Assembly (NCBI RefSeq): GCF_963921235.1
Contig: NC_086097.1
Location: 228,906,001 to 228,970,000 of the forward strand
Source of the DNA: Mobula hypostoma
Lineage: Eukaryota
Direction of reading: 5' to 3'
Length of the DNA: 64,000 nucleotides
Part shown: in pieces, positions 51,962 to 64,000 of the stretch
Layout: each line of letters starts with the position of its first letter
How positions within the stretch are numbered: position 1 is the first letter of the stretch
Made by a program: the position numbers and the translations under genes
Notes under the pieces: generated by a model
Seen by the model: only the letters and a program-made list of their open reading frames with translations
What the model was told of the DNA's origin: nothing
Databases searched by the model: none

Positions 51962-52495
51962 CACTATTGGGAACGTCCTGACAAGTTGCATCTCCTCCTG
52001 GGTATGGGAACAGCCGAGCATCGGACAGGAAGTCCCTCCAAAGGACTGTGACAATGGCTGAGAGGACCATAGGGGTCTCCCTTCCATCTATTGGGGGCAT
52101 TTATCTGGGGCACTGTGCACGCAGCGCCATTAGTATTATCAAGGATCCTTTCTGACTTTCTACCATCAGGCAGGAGACAACGATGCATAAAAACACGAAC
52201 GGTCCGGATGGAAAACAGTTTCCTCCTTCAGACCATGAGGCTTCTGAAACTCCCTGCCACACCACATTTGAAGTGTCACTGGCTAATCTGTTCTGTACCT
52301 GACAATATTTAATTTATGCACTTTAGCTTGTATATTTCTGCATAAATCATCTGTGGATTTTATCTTTCCTTTCCTCAGTGATTGTGTGTTATATGTGCAT
52401 TATGTGTGCTACAGTGTTTTACACCCTGGTTCCGAGAAACATTGTCTCATTTGATGGCATACATGTATATAGTTAAATGACAATAACCTGACTTT
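51962..52495 (+). mobile_element. Rex1/Babar 3' end in HEY1 intron 4, antisense to the gene
   Basis: FLPSGRRQRCIKTRTVRMENSF (52091..52312); ACAATAACCTGACTT tail. Confidence 0.8.
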
Positions 52496-53007
52496 CTTAT
52501 AGAAGGAATCTTATTTGCCCCATTATAAAGTAGCAATAATTTGCATTTATGTGATGAGTTTAACATGGTAAAGATGCAAAATCAGGCAAAATGGGCATTT
52601 AGACAATAAACAATAAATTGGAGCTGCTTGGTTGAAAGGGAAGATTTTACAATAACTTAAAGATGTTTTAATAAATCTTGAATATTTTAAGATTCATTGT
52701 CAGCTAATCCACACTAAATTTAAAATTAAATCAAGCTCATGTTTGCAGCTCAGAAGCACCTAATGGGAGTTTCCAAACGTTGCTTATACTCTGTAAACGT
52801 CGACTCAATTGATAACAGCCAAACTGGGGTGGGAGAATCAGACTGGTGAAATTCTGAGGTACGTCCTAACGTTGTTCTTTAAAAATCTCCACAGCCGTAG
52901 AGAATAGAGCTAGAAAAACTGACTTGAATTTCAAACGAACACGAGTCGGAATCCCGCATTGTTGAAGTTGTCGGTAGGTACAAGAAATACCAACAAACTA
53001 TTGTTAC

Positions 53008-53089
53008 CTTTGCCACCGGCCGCATGCAGCATCTTCAAGTGGTCAACAGTCATCTGCAAAATCTCCGCCTTTTCCAGCTTAGCGGATCC
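53008..53089 (-). CDS. HEY1: HEY1 coding exon 4 ([27 protein letters not shown]), bHLH helix 2
   Basis: GGCAG acceptor, GTAAC donor, 82 nt; inside ORF 52931..53152. Confidence 0.96.
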
Positions 53090-53306
53090 CTGCCAACAGA
53101 GGTAGTAGCTACAATTAAACCTGAGCAAAACTGGTTTGTCAAAATACTGCACGTACGCAATCCTTATTGCTTACTTTTATTAAAATGATACTTTGTATGG
53201 CAAAATAGCTTTACTTGCCTCCAGAAAGTACTCAAATAGTTTTTAAAGCGACTTAGTTGATTTTGTTGCAAATGTTTTTGTTGAAAATTAATACTTTTTC
53301 ACTTAC

Positions 53307-53390
53307 TTGTTTTTCATAAGCGCTCGGCACCAGCCTTCGTAGTTCAGACAGGCTGTTGTTAATACGATCCCGTCGACGTTTTTCTATAAT
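53307..53390 (-). CDS. HEY1: HEY1 coding exon 3 ([28 protein letters not shown]), bHLH helix 1
   Basis: ACACAG acceptor, GTAAGT donor, 84 nt in frame; canonical Hey bHLH sequence. Confidence 0.96.
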
Positions 53391-53508
53391 CTGTGTAAAA
53401 CAGAAGAGTTTTCTCAATTAGTCAGGCAGGACACGTACGAACAATTTTTGTGCAGATTTCACAGAGCGAAAGCGATGCTGTTCCTCCAGGTAATTGTGTG
53501 AAACTTAC

Positions 53509-53584
53509 CCCGCGCCTCCTTTTCCTCGCCAGGACCTGTGAGGTGGTACTGGGGGACATGGAGCCTGTGGCTGTGCTGGAGTTC
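53509..53584 (-). CDS. HEY1: HEY1 coding exon 2 (NSSTATGSMSPSTTSQVLARKRRRG)
   Basis: TTTCAG acceptor, GTAAGT donor, 76 nt; ARKRRRG basic region with the Hey-type glycine. Confidence 0.95.
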
Positions 53585-53845
53585 CTGAAATTCAATCCAG
53601 CAAACCGGAATCAGCATTTCAGCACAGAAGTTCTGCATAAAGTTTACCCAAGTCGGAAACTTGTAGACCGAAGCCGGCTCAACAGAAAACAAATCAGTAA
53701 TAAAACACAAGTTCCAGAACTTAGCTGTTGAATATGCTTTTATTATCATTTTAATGCGTGCATAATTATGCTTCCATAATTAAAATACTCCTGATATAAC
53801 TTCCGGATGTAAAAATAAATACTATCCCGTCTCTACTAACATTAC

Positions 53846-53931
53846 CCGTTTTCATCGGCGCTTTCTTTCTCGACTTCGATCATTTCGTCCAATTCACTGT
53901 CCGACGAGCTGTAATCGTGAGTTCTCTTCAT
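53846..53931 (-). CDS. HEY1: HEY1 coding exon 1 ([29 protein letters not shown])
   Basis: ATG at 53931; N-terminus resembles vertebrate HEY1; 86 nt, then GTAAT donor (phase 2). Confidence 0.95.
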
Positions 53932-54023
53932 GTTTGGTTCAATTGTTCCCGTGTGTGCTCTAACATTAATGGGGCTTGCAGCAGATATTGTCCGCTCCGC
54001 TGCCTGCCGCAGACTGGTAGCTT

Positions 54024-54031
54024 TTCCCACG
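54024..54031 (-). promoter_or_regulatory. RBPJ/CSL site CGTGGGAA, about 95 nt upstream of the ATG
   Basis: Plus strand reads TTCCCACG. Confidence 0.7.
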
Positions 54032-54312
54032 GTATTGCACTTACCAACTCCTCCACTGACCTGTCAACCCCCCGCCACTGGTGGCGGCGATTGACAGCTC
54101 GCGCGGCCCATTTGCCGGGCGCCCGCGCTCCGGGGCCGGCCGCCGGGCTCTGATTGACGGCTCGGCCCTTCCACTGAGGAAGCGGCACCTCGGGGCCGCC
54201 GCCTTGCCATTGGCTGAGGCCGCTGTGTCCCGGCGCCCCCCGGCAGGGGGCGGGCCAATCGGCTCGCGCTGCCCCGCGGCTCAAACGTCAAGCACGCGCG
54301 GGTCGTGGAAAG

Positions 54313-54320
54313 CGTGGGAA
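54313..54320 (+). promoter_or_regulatory. RBPJ/CSL site CGTGGGAA
   Basis: Exact consensus, next to the near-match CGTGGAAA (54304-54311); HEY1 is an established Notch target. Confidence 0.85.
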
Positions 54321-55359
54321 AGTTGCAGCGGCCAGCGGCGCGGGCCAATCAGAGCCGGCGGCTGTCGGGCGTTCGAATGAAAGTAGCAATTGGCCTGGGC
54401 GACTGTCGGTCTGCGGCGGACCGTGTGAACGGTAACATTAGCCCTCTCCGAGGCACGCCAGCCAATTCCAGCAACGGCGCCGCCCCTCCCTCCGCTCATT
54501 GTACACTTCACACTGGCCCAGCTCACCCGCACCATTCATTTTGTATAGAGACATCCGCACTGCTGCGGGAGAGAGGGAGGGAGGGCGACAGACAGGCAGA
54601 CCGACCCGCCTTCTCCAATTTCACGTATACAAAGGATACGCGATGGGAACCGTGCAATACAGGACTTTGCTGCATGCCCTGGTCAAAACAGCACAGCCAG
54701 AAACCACGGTTCACACAAATGTACGAAGTGCTCTGGGGTCCAGAGATTATAAGATACAACATCCAGTCCGTACTTATCGCCATGCACGCCGAGAATGGTT
54801 AGGAAATGCAAATTATTTCACGTTTAGCAAATATGCACTTGAGCTTGTGTTTCTGCCAGAACACTGCTGTTTATATTCTGTGCCAAGGCGTGGTGTAGTT
54901 AAAAAAATAATGAGGGCCATTAAAAACAGAAACGGCATTTTGCAGCACCGCAACTACACAAAAGAAACACAATCAAAAACAAAATCTCAATGCTGGAAAT
55001 CTGAAACAAAAAGCTAGGGGAATTAAAAAAACTCGACTGGCCAGGCAGCATCTGTGGAGAGAGAAACAGACTGTGACCCTCCTGTAAAACTGAAATGGGG
55101 CTGAACCCCCTAAGGAAGAGCAAAACGGCAGCTTTTGGCACTACAGGAAGGCAGAAGGTTGGAGGGGAAGGAAGATCTGCATTTGTGTAGCATCTTTGAT
55201 AGATGCAGTCACCATTGTATTATCAGAAATCCACGAACAGCAATATGATCACAACCATTAGAATCGTCTTGTCAAGAATAACTCAATGTGCTTCATTGAA
55301 GTTGTGTCATGGAATATTTGATGACTACATGAGGGATGCCAGATTTGTCTCATCTATGG

Positions 55360-55590
55360 AATCTGGCGAATCTGTGGAATTCTTTGCCACAGGCGGCTGT
55401 GGAGGCCAAGTCTTTGCGTATCTTTAAGGCAGAGGTTGATAGATTCTTGATTCCTTCTGGGCATGAAGGGATACAGGGAGAAGGCTCCCAGGAGGTTGAA
55501 GCTGAGAGGAAAATTGGATCAGCCATGATGGAATGGTATGATGGGCTGAATGGCCTAATTCTGCTCCTATCTCTCATGGTCTCTTATCTG
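55360..55590 (+). mobile_element. CR1 3' end
   Basis: NLWNSLPQAAVEAKSL. Confidence 0.85.
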
Positions 55591-55692
55591 AAAATGGGCA
55601 CCTCCAACTTTTTGGTGTTCTTTGAGCATCAGTCTCAAATGAAGGATTTGGGGTGGACCACATGTTTGGTAAACCGATTATTCTATTAAAGA

Positions 55693-56075
55693 TATGCTAC
55701 TACCCATTATGCCGCTGGAGTTTAGGGCAGCAATGACGGTTCAGCGTTCAAGGTCTTCCTTCATCATGTCAGTACCTTCCTCTGGGTTTCACTACTGTCA
55801 GTCACACAAGTCCCCGTGGAGACTCAGGAATACCGTCGCACTCAGATGCAGAAGGATCCTTCATTGCTGTTTCCATAATAATTTTGTTTTACCATTCAGG
55901 GTTGTTAGTCTTGAGCTGAACACCCGAGTCTGTATGACTGGAAGACCACTCTTAGTCTGGCCTCTACCCTTTGACCTGTCTGGCATGGGTGACCCTACCA
56001 AGAGCCAAAGCATAAAGCCCTGACTTCGGCCATCATAGCTCTCCGGGTCATTGAAGCAAGGTTGTGGTCTGCTTG
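55693..56075 (-). mobile_element. RTE-derived SINE-like element
   Basis: CATGGGTGACCCTACCAAGAGC resembles 7798-7820 (CATGAGTGACCCTACCAGGAGC). Confidence 0.55.
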
Positions 56076-59000
56076 CAGGTTTATTAAAGACACAGTTTCA
56101 TATACATTTCAGGAATTCTTTGTGAGCAAATCTATATAATTCAGTATCCTGGCAGAATTATACTGAGGAGGTAAAGGTAAGGAAGATCCTGTTCATCATA
56201 AGCACCCTCAGATGAAGATTTCCCAAGTTTCTGGTGTGGTCCGCTGGAACAGCTATCAGCTGGATTCTGCTGATTTATGACTGACACAGGCTAGTGGGCC
56301 TGCGCTTATCAGGCCTTGACTTTCCTCAAATTAACTTTACTGGCAGACAAACACAAATCCAGAAAATCCCAACCTCTCCATCCAAGTTCACACTGCTTAG
56401 GAGAATGGCTCATTTCGCAGACGATCATGTCCACAAAACACTTCAGCGGTAAATCATCGTGTTTGGATATCTAACCTCATGGGTAGCGTGTTGGGAGAGT
56501 GCAGGATAAATGGGTGAACATTCTAGTTTTGATAAAGTATATAAACTGCATATAATTATCACTGGAAATAATACAACGAGGGTTACAACATAGTGGCTAC
56601 AAAGGAAAGATATGAAACATAATTTGGAAGTTACTGTAAATGGAAAAAGGGGAATTTACGATTTTTCATCCTATTCAAACAAGTAATAATCAACCAGCTA
56701 ATTGTAACTTCCTGTGAATACACTAATATTTGAATATTACTCACTATGTAAAGTTCTTCATTCAGAGTTAAAGTAAATTTATTATCAAAGTACATGTATG
56801 TCACCACACTGAGATTCATTTCCTTGTAGGCATTCACAGGAAAATAAAGAAATACAGTAGAAGTTATGAAAATCTAAACATGAAAACTTACAAACAGACA
56901 ACGTACAAAAGAAGACAAACTGTACAATCAAAATAAATAATGCTGAGAACATGACTTTGTAAAGTCCTTGAAAGTGAGTCTGTAGGTTGTGGAAGTCATT
57001 TTTATCTGCCGTCAAAACTTTGCACCTCCATCATCAGCAAAGTGCTTTTCAATCGTACGATTAAAAGTTGCTAAATGAACTCATTGTTACATTGTGCACT
57101 ATTGTAATATTCTCTTTTGCATTTATGTTGGGAAATTATTTCTTTTATTCTCTGTACACTGTCTATAGAAAAATACGCTGATAACATCTCCACAATATGC
57201 TTTCAGATTTCAGGAATAAAAAGCTACCACCAAAAGTTGCAGCTTTGGAGACAACTGAAAGTTCAGAAGTTCGAATTGCTCCTGGAAGACTGTCAGCAAA
57301 TGGAGACCATGACAAAAATAAGTTGCCAAGAACTGAGCAAGCCTTTCTTCTCAAAACTTAACAACTTTATTTCTGCAGGCCTTGAGCTTAAAGTTTCTAA
57401 ATGCATCCTGTAAATCTGTTTGTCAGATTTGGAAGCCAGCTGAGTTGATATAAGTTGCAGATATTTTTCTTTAATTTTATCTTGATCAAGTTTTTTTCAC
57501 TTGATCATGAATCTTGCACAGCTAACTTCTTTATTGTTAACTGCATGTAATCTTTCAAAAGCTGTTTTAACTTAAATCTGAATAAAAGTTTTACTCAATC
57601 ATAATTTATATCTTGTCCAGCTTGCATTTTAATGAGGACATACTCTAGAATTGTGGATGGTGAATTAAGTCTTAAACAAACAAGCCATTCTGTAAGGTTC
57701 CTTTCTTGGCAAACAACCTCAGAAAATTTATCCAAGGGTCAAAGATTGCCTTTCAACAGGGGAGGTGATAATTACGTGGTGAAAAAAGACTGCAAGGGAG
57801 GAAAGGGGTTAGAAATTGTTACCAGAAATCTAGTGTCACTGTAGCTTCTCCAGTCTGAAAACTTGGGCACAGAATATAGAATTGACATTCCTAAAAAATC
57901 TGGTATCATCAGAAAATAATTTTTTTCACCTCTATTGAGAACCTTGGCATTGGAATACTTTTAATTTTGGAAAGGCTTTCCTATATGGTGATTAGCAGCA
58001 GTTCCTGCTGACAGTGTGTCAGTGTTTGCTAACAAAAAGCAGCCCCCCACAGCACGCAAATGTAACTGGCTGCTAGTTAATCAGATCCTGGCCTTTCTCT
58101 CTTTACCAGTGCTCACTTCTGCCTCCGATAGAGACAGGATCAGAGCCTCCCGTCAGTGCCACTCCAAAAGTGGAAAGAATTCTCACACTGCGTTTTCTAA
58201 GCAGGAACTGGTTAGCGCAGCAGAATTCCTGTTTACTGCGTTCAGCGGCCAGGCTCTCTTCAAACAGCATTATTGGCTGAAGAGCTGAAACGGATTGCAG
58301 TAGCCGAGAAAGGAAAGGAAGAAGCCGGTTAACGGAGAGAAGTGAAAGATGAGAATGAGTGACTGCGGAAAGGAAAGGGAGGCAGGGAAAGGGAACAAAT
58401 GAACGGGAGAAGGGGAGGAAATGCCGAGGGTAGGGCTTTGGTGGGGAGATGGGAACTAGTCACCAAGGGGAAGAAGAGGATCAGAGTGAAATGAGAGAGC
58501 GGACAAAAAGGACAGCTCGAAGTAAAGAGTGTTGACGGACAAATACCTGCCTGAATACCCGGGTTGGAGGAAGGGCACAGTCCCGGAAAATATCACGGTG
58601 GAGGGGAAAGTGGGAGGAGAAGGTGCTTCAACTGAACATTTGAGGAGTGCAGCCAGCTGGGAGAGAAATCTAATTACTTCTGAGGAAGTGCCATTTTGAT
58701 GAACCTCCAGAACCTTTTAGAACTGCAACCTCGATTTTGGTTTCTCCCTGCTTTTTCGTTTCCGGCTGGGGAAGTGTATACACCCAGAGATTATCCATCA
58801 GCCACTTGTTTTCATGTCGTGTTATGATCAGAGCTTTCTAGAATAACTAGCTCACATGACGCACTTTGTAGTGGATCCCAGTTTCCAAAGCTGGCTTTTC
58901 TAAACATCACCCATGGCAACTCTACACCCTTCCACACACACGCACACACGCGCAAACGGGGATTATTCTCTCTTCATTGACCTGAAGAAACCGACATTTT

Positions 59001-60199
59001 AAGCACAGTAAGTGAGAAATGAACAGTAAAGGCCTAAAAAAATTAGATTCTGACCTGCCACACTCCGTACTTTCCCAGGCCTTCCTTGATTTCCTTCCTC
59101 AGAGACATACAGCTTGAATTAAGCACAGACAGAGCTTTCCAACTTTTGAGGAAGGAGGAGACATTCCTAAATCACTAGGTTTTGTGTGGGGGGGGGTTCA
59201 CAAGCGAGCTCAAGTTGCAGGAAATCAAATACACAGAAGAACTTGGTCTGAGTTTCACCCGACAAGGAACCTCAACGACTCAACAGAGAGAGTTTGGCAC
59301 CCCCCAAAATACACCCTGGAGCACATAGGAATTCCGGATATTCAAAATAATATACTAATTAAGTGATTCCAAATTGAATAAAAGAGATAAATAAATATAA
59401 AGAGAGCTTAACAATGCCCATGATTCCAAATGGGACACCTGTAAAACAAAGTGAAAACCCAGAGATGGTGCAAAGACAAACAACGAGATATAAAAAGCAA
59501 ACAATCCGAGGAGAAAGTATACGCACAAGGTGACACCATGAAAAATACGGTCTATGTACTAACTGACAAAAAAAACTTTAATTCTTTAAAGTGATGAGCA
59601 TAGAATAGACCTGGAACAGGCCCTATAACCCACAATGTTGGCAAGGACCACTCAGCAGTTCCTGTTTAACATTCCCTGGTCCAGCACGCTGACAGGAACA
59701 GGACAAGGAAGAAAGAGACAAGTCTGAAATGTTAATTGCAGGACTTCCACATGTCACTACCTATCCCCACACATCACCAGCACCCAGCCCCCACGACCTT
59801 CCACCAAATAGTAAACAAACCTAATAACGTCGGAGGTCTCTTGTCACTGCTGCCCAGGAGCAGGCAGATCAACTCCAATGGGGGCAAAATTGCAACCATT
59901 CTGCTTTCTTATTGGATATTACACTATGGATAGAGTTAATCCCGTGACTGGGGAGAACAAGTATTGTGGAGCAAGTGAGGAATGCGCAGTTGGAACAGGG
60001 CAGTTTGGCGTCTCCACCAACCTGGCTCCACTGTGCAACACTCCCCCCCACCACCACCACCCAACAATGAAGAGTCATGATGAAGCCCCAGTAAACACGG
60101 GCCGCTTCTCACATTTCTGGACCCAACTCTTGGTGAAGCCAGACATGGAAAATGAAATTCACTACCGCCATTAGTTCACCCATACAGTCTTTTGTTCCC

Positions 60200-61290
60200 A
60201 TCTGCTTCAAAAGGGCATCAATTATCCCAGTGCTCAAGAACAGCAGAGTGAGATGCCTCATGACTATCACCCAGTAGCACTCAAATCTACTGCGGTGAAG
60301 TGCTTTAGGAAATTGGTGACGGTTAGAATTAACTCCTGCATGAGCATGGACCCGGACTCACTGCAAATTGCCTACTACCACAACAGGTCTTCAGCGGATG
60401 CAATCCCTCTGGCTCTCCAACCAGCCTTGCACCACCGGGACAACACCAATACCTGCTGTTCATTAATTACAGCTCCGCATTCAACATCGTTAACAATGAA
60501 CAAACTTCAGAACCTGGGCCTCTGTACCTCTGGATCCTTGACTTCCTCACCAGGAGACCACAGTCAATGCAGATCTGTAATAACACCTCCTCCTTGCTGA
60601 CAATCAACACAGGCACACCTCAATGACGTGTGCTTAGCCTGCAGAGCTCAAACAACATCTATAACAATGCTGGCACCACCACTGTTGTTGGTAGAATCTC
60701 AGATGGTGTTGAGGAGGTGTACAGGAGTGAGATAGATTAGATGGTTAAGTAGTTTTGCCACAACAACCCTCACTGAATGACAGCAGGACCAAGGAATTGA
60801 TTGAGGACTTCAGGAAGATGAAGTCAGGAGCACACACACTAGTCCTCATTAAGGACTCAGCAATGGATGACTGGGTGAGCAGCTTCAATTTCCTGGCACC
60901 AACATCTCCGAGGATGTATCCTGGGCCCAGCATATTGATACAACTATGAAAAAGACACACCAGTGGCTATATTTTATTAGGAGTTTGAGGAGATTTGGTA
61001 TGTCACCAAAGACTATAGGAAATTTCTACATATATATATGGTGGAGAGCATTCTGACTAGTTCCATCATTTTCTAGAGGTGGTTCCTCATAGCAACAATG
61101 ATTAAGGACCCTCACTATCCAGAACATGTCCTCTTCTCATTATTACCATCAGTGAGGAGATACAAGGAGCCTGAAGATGCACGCAACATTTTAGCAACTG
61201 CTTCTTCCCCTCTGCCATCAGATTTCAGAGCCATCCATGAACCTAGGAAGACTATCTCACTATTTGCATAATTTATTGCATAACTTAAAT
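60200..61290 (+). mobile_element. Decayed Rex1/Babar RT
   Basis: DYHPVALKSTAVKCFRKLV...LQIAYYHNRSSADAI (60253..60600). Confidence 0.85.
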
Positions 61291-62769
61291 TAATTGAGCT
61301 GGGCAGCCCGCAAGTGTCACCAGTCTGCTGGTGCCAACGTAGCATGCCCACAAATTACTAACTCCAACTGTACGTCTTTGGAATGTGGAAGAAGGCCCCC
61401 ATCCTCCTTACAGACAGTGGCATGCATTGAACCCCAGTCTTACACATGGCGCCATAAAGCATTGTGCTGGTTGCTAAGCTATCATGCTACCCTGACAATT
61501 GAAGTAAGTATTTCACTAATCGTGTCTTCTGAACACAAGATATTATGGACATCAGAAGGTGACCACTTTGTCTGCACCGGCCTGCAACTGTCTCGGAGAC
61601 CTTCAGCCGGTCAGTAGAAAGGGAGGCTGCAGCATACAGGGCGCACTGGTCACAGGACAGAACTTGCTGGTGGACGTTGGGTCTTACTGGCCGCACTCAG
61701 CATCTGCCTCTTGAGTTGCAGATTGGCATGTTGGGTGCTGCTGGACGTCAGCAGATTTTGGAAGGGGGCGTCCTCACTAATGGATTTAGCAGCCATGGGT
61801 GTGAGTAGTGACTATCAACATCATCACCATTACCATCCATTTTGGTTCCTGATCCCTTTAAGAATATACCAAAGACATCCATGATCGCCCAGACAGTAGC
61901 CCACAAGTGCAGTGGAAAGTATTCTCTGGGTGCTTACAGTGATACCATTCAGAAAAGAGCAGACTCACAGGCTCACTGGAGGAACATCTTCGCTGGTAAT
62001 AATTCCCAGTGCCTAGAGCATTTATTAAGCTAAAGGACACCCACTTCAATGGACTGTTAGTATCGTATCACAAAAAAGTACTCCATTATTGGCACAAACC
62101 TGCACTGATGAGATGACTTTTAAAGTGCACTACCAGTGGTGGTTTTAAACTGGTGATCTCTGAGTTGACAGCTGGTACCAGTGTACCCATTCGTCTACTT
62201 TTAAAAGGAAAAAAGGTAGGACAAGCAATTAATCTGTGCCTTATTTGAAATCTGAGTGTGCTACATCCAGCCCTGCATCCAAACACTTTGACTTGTTAAG
62301 TGGAGCATGTGATCCCTGTGGCCCTTTAGTATCACAGGGACAGTAGTGGCTATCCCTACTACTAGCTGCTAGTATTCATTATTCGGCTGCTCTTTGTTAG
62401 CTCAGCTGAACAGAATCCAATGAAAGACACTCCCATTGCAATCTTTAAAGACCATGTGCACTTGTTGACTGGAATGTAATAGAGTCTATTACACTACAGC
62501 ACAGAAACAGGCCCTCTGGCCCATCTAATCCACGGCCTGACTGGTTTTCTGCCTAGTCCCATCTATCTGCACTTGGACCATAGCCCTCCATACCTCTCTC
62601 ACCCATGCACCTACTCAAACTTCTGTAAGTGTTACAATTGAACCCACATCTACCACCGCAGCTGGCTACCAATTGACTGCAGAAACATGCAATCTGCCAC
62701 AGTCACTGCAATGTGCCTGAAGTAACTGATGTAAAAAAGATGTAACTGATGTACAGTACTTAATTGCTC

Positions 62770-64000
62770 TGCCTCACTGTCTATCACCCAGTAGCACTTA
62801 CATGCACGGTGATGAAGCGACCTGAGAGGTTGGTGATGATACTATCAACTGCAGCCTGAAAAGTGACTTGGATCCACACCAGTTTGCCTACCAGCTCAAC
62901 AGATCTACAGATGATGCCATTTCATTGGCTCTTCACTCAACTCTGGAACATCTGGACAGCAATGATACATTCATCAGAATGATCTTCATCAACCACAGCT
63001 TGGCATTCGATACCATCATCCTCTCAAAACTAATCAATAAGCTTCAAGACCTTGGCCTCAATACCTCCTTGTGCAGCTGGATCCTCAATTTTCTCACTTT
63101 CAGACCCCAGTCAGTTCAAGTTGGCAATAACATCCCCTCCACAATCTCCATCAGCACAGGTGCACCACAAGGCTGTGTGCTTAGCCCCCTGTTCTACTCG
63201 CTTTACGCTTCTGACTATTTGGCTAAGTATAGCTCTAAAGCCATATTTAAGTTTGCTGATGACACTACTGCTGATAGCCAGACCAAAGGCGGTCAGCATA
63301 AATGAGGGAGATTGAAAATCTGGCTGAGCAGTGCCACAGTAACAACCTCTTACTGTTGCCTGGATTGGGGAGCATGCCTTATGAGAACAGGTTACGTGAA
63401 CTCGGCCTTTTCTCCTTGGAGCGACGGAGAATGAGAGGTGACCTGATGGAGGTGTACAAGATAATGAGAGGCATTGATTGTGTGGATAGTCAGAGGCTTT
63501 TTCCCAGGGCTGAAATGGCTAACACAAAAGGCATATTTTTAAGCTGCTTGAAAGTAGGTACAGAGGAGATGTCAGAGGTAAGTTTTTTATGCAGAGAGTG
63601 GTGAGTGTGTGGAATGGGCTGCCGGCAGCGGTGGTGGAGGCAGATATGATAGTCTTTTAAGAGACTCCTGAATGGATACATGGAGCTTAGAAAAATAGAG
63701 GGCTATGGGTAAGCCTAGGTAGTTCTAAGGTAAGGACATATTGGATACAGCTTTGTGGGCCAAAGGGCCTGTATTGTGCTGTAGGTTTTCTGTGTTTCTA
63801 TGCTTCTAATGTCAGCAAGACCAAGGAGCTTCAGAAGAAGGAAACTAGAAGTCCATGAACCAGACCTCGTCAGGGATCAGAGGTGGAGAGGGTCAGCAAC
63901 TTTAAATTGCTTGGTGTTATCACTTCAGAGAACCTGCCCGGGGCCAGCACATATGTCCAATTACGAGGAAAGCATGGCAGCGCTTCTCTTTCCTTTGAAG
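62770..64000 (+). mobile_element. Rex1/Babar RT split by a CR1 3' end at 63354-63807
   Basis: [39 protein letters not shown]; Rex sequence resumes at AATGTCAGCAAGACCAAGGAGC after the CR1 tail. Confidence 0.9.

Larger units (their letters stand above)
53932..54500 (-). promoter_or_regulatory. HEY1: HEY1 CpG-island promoter and 5' UTR
   Basis: The main strongly GC/CpG-rich block in the window; CCAAT/ATTGG at 54209, 54255, 54345, 54389, 54462; GC box at 54246-54254. Confidence 0.88.

Noticed and set aside
53932..54030. GTG-initiated N-terminal extension of HEY1
   Set aside because: Homology starts at MKR (ATG 53931); the GTG lies within the RBPJ motif and is an ORF-caller artefact.
54024..54320. 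Paired Su(H)/RBPJ (SPS) site
   Set aside because: The two perfect sites are ~290 bp apart, and the adjacent near-match is tandem rather than head-to-head at 15-17 bp.
54064..55017. GC-rich ORFs over the promoter as a divergent coding gene
   Set aside because: Low-complexity Arg/Gly/Ala/Pro frames expected in a CpG island; no recognisable domain.

Overview
Vertebrate genomic DNA, most likely a cartilaginous fish (ray/shark; inferred from the repeat landscape). The only protein-coding gene is HEY1, a Notch-target bHLH-Orange repressor on the minus strand: five coding exons from 53931 down to 51244, 900 nt, 299 aa, all GT-AG. It has a CpG-rich promoter with RBPJ, CCAAT and PBX/MEIS-like sites. 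The rest is mostly decayed, often nested retrotransposons: many CR1 LINEs, Rex1/Babar, one L1-clade element, a Gypsy LTR element, Penelope-like elements (PLEs), RTE-derived and V-type SINEs, plus a long inverted-repeat element. The most notable non-genic signal is about nine copies of a minimal type I hammerhead ribozyme motif in PLE 3' ends and short non-autonomous copies (window consensus CAGTC-CTGAYGA-A-GGG-TCTCGG-CCC-GAAAC-GTC-GACTG). No copy is fully intact. Repeat boundaries were read by eye and are approximate; no database searches were run.
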